Positions 15,802-17,802 of a stretch of 17,802 nucleotides of DNA are shown in pieces. Source of the stretch: Candidatus Heimdallarchaeota archaeon (lineage in GTDB: Archaea; Asgardarchaeota; Heimdallarchaeia; Hodarchaeales; Hodarchaeaceae). The stretch is taken from the NCBI GenBank assembly GCA_048881705.1, contig JBHLSH010000077.1, positions 1 through 17,802 on the forward strand. The letters are read 5' to 3'. The position numbers and the translations under genes are program-made. Every line of letters begins with the position of its first letter. Within the stretch, counting starts at the first letter, position 1. The notes beneath the pieces were generated by a model. It saw only the letters and a list, made by a program, of their open reading frames with translations. It did no database searches and was not told the origin of the DNA.

Positions 15802-16254
15802 ATGAAAGGAGGAACTCATATTCTGTTTGGGATGGGGTTCGTCGGCATCATACTATATAGATTGGATTTCTGGCTATGGGTAGGAGGTACGCTTATTCTC
15901 GCGCCAATCTTTTCTCGTCTCCCCGATTATGACCAAAAGATATCAAGAATAACATTCAACCAGATTATTCCTCATAGAGGTAAATGGACGCACAACCTTT
16001 TGTTTGGACTCCCTTTAGGCCTACTTCTATGGATCCCCCCTGAAATGGAGCTCGTTTGGATGGGATTGGTTGGCAGTTTCGGTGCCTTATTTGCTCACGT
16101 ATTTGTAGATGCCTTCAACTATGCTGGAGTTTGGGTTGGATTTATTAAATTAAAGGTGGGAAAATTCAGCTGGGATTCATTAATTGGAAACCTAGCATTT
16201 AAAGTATTAGGACTAATAGCTTTGGGATTTGCTCTTGTGACGTACTTGCTTTAA
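15802..16254 (+). CDS. YdjM-like (LexA-binding) membrane-bound metal-dependent hydrolase
   Basis: THILFG, LPDYDQ, HRGKWTHNL and AHVFVDAFN..GV metal-ligand motifs interspersed with hydrophobic helices. Confidence 0.85.
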   Translation: MKGGTHILFGMGFVGIILYRLDFWLWVGGTLILAPIFSRLPDYDQKISRITFNQIIPHRGKWTHNLLFGLPLGLLLWIPPEMELVWMGLVGSFGALFAHVFVDAFNYAGVWVGFIKLKVGKFSWDSLIGNLAFKVLGLIALGFALVTYLL

Positions 16255-16288
16255 GAAAAAAATATTTAAATACGCTTTTTGCTTCAGA

Positions 16289-17677
16289 TTGACAGATGGA
16301 TCGATGTTTATGAAAATCACCGCATTAGGAGGTGTGAATGAGATTGGAGGGAATGCTTTCCTTTTGGGAATGGATTCAGCCAACCTGCTTTTGGATTTCG
16401 GTAGATCTTTTTCTCGTGAAAACATCTATTTTTCAGGATTTTTGCAGCCAAGAACGAAAATCGGATTAAAAGACCTGTTGGAATTTGATATCATTCCAGC
16501 CATTCCCGAACTATACGCTGAAGACTTTCAAAAGGAATTTCCTCCTAAGGCGGCCTCCAATCTCCACATTCATTCTTGTTTTCTCTCACACGCTCATATA
16601 GACCATTTCGGCAACCTCAATTTACTAAACGAACGAATTCCGGTATACATGGGAGAAACCGCAAAAACCATCATACAGTCCATTCAGGAGACCTCACGCC
16701 CTAGATTCGGACGCCCGTACGTCAAGACCGCCACAGAAGAGCAGCCATCAAATGTTCGTACTTTTAGGACTGGTGATATAATTCAGATTCCAGGGGTTGA
16801 CGTAACGCCTATTCATGTTGATCATTCTCTTCCAGGTAGTTATGGCTTCATCGTTGAAGATCGGAACACGGATATAACCATTGGTTATTCTGGAGATTTG
16901 CGCTTACATGGATGGCGGCAAGATCTTACTGAAGATTTTATTAAAAAGGCAAGGCACATCAACTTAAATGCTCTTCTCATGGAAGGAACAAATGTCAATG
17001 AAGATTTCGAAGATAATGAAGCCAACGTTCAACGGGATATGGCTATCACGATTTCAGAAACAGAAGGTCTAGTAATCGCAAATTATTCGCTTCGGGACAT
17101 CGATCGTTTCCGTTCCATCTACTTGTCTGCGAAAGCCACCGATCGGAAGTTGCTCATCCCGCCGAGACAAGCACATCTACTGCGGTTACTTCAAGATGAC
17201 GTTCATTTGGATATCCCCTCCCTCTCTGATCCTCATATAGAGGTTTATAAGCGTCAAAAATCACGGTATTATAGGTGGGAAACTTCTGTTTTTGATGATC
17301 CAGACATCACGACAACCAACAGTCCAAACTTTGACCAGACCGAATATATTTTTCACTGTGATTTTTGGAATCTGACAGATCTCATTGATATCCACCCACA
17401 GGCCCAATCCGTATTCATTTACTCCCATGGAGATCCCTTTGATGAAGAGGGACTAATAGATTTCAAGAGATTGCAACAATGGACCGAATTTTTTCATCTA
17501 GATTTCAAACAGTTACACGCGTCTGGGCATGCCCCTCGAAGCGATTTGAAACACATCGTAGAGTCAATATCCCCTGACCTTCTAATTCCGATCCACTCTG
17601 AACATCCCGACATGTACCAAGACCTTACAGATATCCCCCTACTCCTCGTAACAAGGGGACGCGCTATCACAATATAA
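16289..17677 (+). CDS. Metallo-beta-lactamase / beta-CASP ribonuclease, RNase J-like
   Basis: LGGVNEIGGN, LLLDFG, SHAHIDH, VDHSLPG, YSGDLRLHG, MEGT, HASGHA and IPIHSEH. The probable start is ATG 16304 or 16310 (MKITALGG) rather than TTG 16289. Confidence 0.88.
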   Translation: MTDGSMFMKITALGGVNEIGGNAFLLGMDSANLLLDFGRSFSRENIYFSGFLQPRTKIGLKDLLEFDIIPAIPELYAEDFQKEFPPKAASNLHIHSCFLSHAHIDHFGNLNLLNERIPVYMGETAKTIIQSIQETSRPRFGRPYVKTATEEQPSNVRTFRTGDIIQIPGVDVTPIHVDHSLPGSYGFIVEDRNTDITIGYSGDLRLHGWRQDLTEDFIKKARHINLNALLMEGTNVNEDFEDNEANVQRDMAITISETEGLVIANYSLRDIDRFRSIYLSAKATDRKLLIPPRQAHLLRLLQDDVHLDIPSLSDPHIEVYKRQKSRYYRWETSVFDDPDITTTNSPNFDQTEYIFHCDFWNLTDLIDIHPQAQSVFIYSHGDPFDEEGLIDFKRLQQWTEFFHLDFKQLHASGHAPRSDLKHIVESISPDLLIPIHSEHPDMYQDLTDIPLLLVTRGRAITI

Positions 17678-17802
17678 TTTTGAACGACTAGAACAGCTGT
17701 CAAACCATTTTGGTCAAGGATGAAGGGATCAACCTAACTTTTTATTCTACCTGATTATCGGATTGATTATGTCTTATTCCCGAAAAATGGTTCTAATTAA
17801 AA

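Noticed and set aside
1399-17703. Other short ORFs in the track (1399-1605, 1719-1904, 4085-4285, 4936-5178, 5312-5644, 6083-6286, 6925-7170, 7209-7418, 7667-7882, 8162-8488, 8609-8848, 8833-9213, 9815-10024, 10075-10266, 10839-11033, 11144-11329, 12083-12268, 12847-13074, 15157-15345, 16213-16425, 17494-17703)
   Set aside because: All overlap well-supported genes on the opposite strand or in an alternative frame, and none shows a family motif.
17769-17802. Possible start of a next gene (MSYSRKMVLIK...)
   Set aside because: Only 11 codons are visible before the window edge, so it cannot be supported.

Overview
Gene-dense, moderately AT-rich prokaryotic window, most likely from an Asgard archaeon (Heimdallarchaeia/Hodarchaeales-like). 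That assignment is inferred from tandem TPR-longin proteins, a C4-H-H-C2 RING-type finger, TATA-like promoters and oligo-T terminators, not from a marker gene. Gene order: 3' end of an ABC-2-type permease; a permuted SPPY amino-DNA methyltransferase (-); a HAD phosphatase and a beta-class DPPF methyltransferase (+); a 982-aa membrane-anchored beta-helix surface protein with 267-bp internal tandem repeats; two paralogous TPR-longin proteins. A minus-strand cluster follows: a complete Dna2-type Fe-S nuclease/SF1 helicase fused to a C-terminal RING-like finger, a gamma-class NPPW methyltransferase with a Zn-ribbon insert, and a small Zn-ribbon ORF with a cryptic membrane-spanning upstream extension. 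Divergent from it lie a YdjM-like membrane hydrolase and an RNase J-like beta-CASP nuclease. Three DNA methyltransferases with three different motif orders occur with no recognisable restriction endonuclease. The best candidate for an undescribed system is the Dna2-RING / methyltransferase / Zn-ribbon cluster. I saw no tRNA, rRNA, CRISPR array or mobile element. All family assignments come from motif recognition by eye, without database searches.
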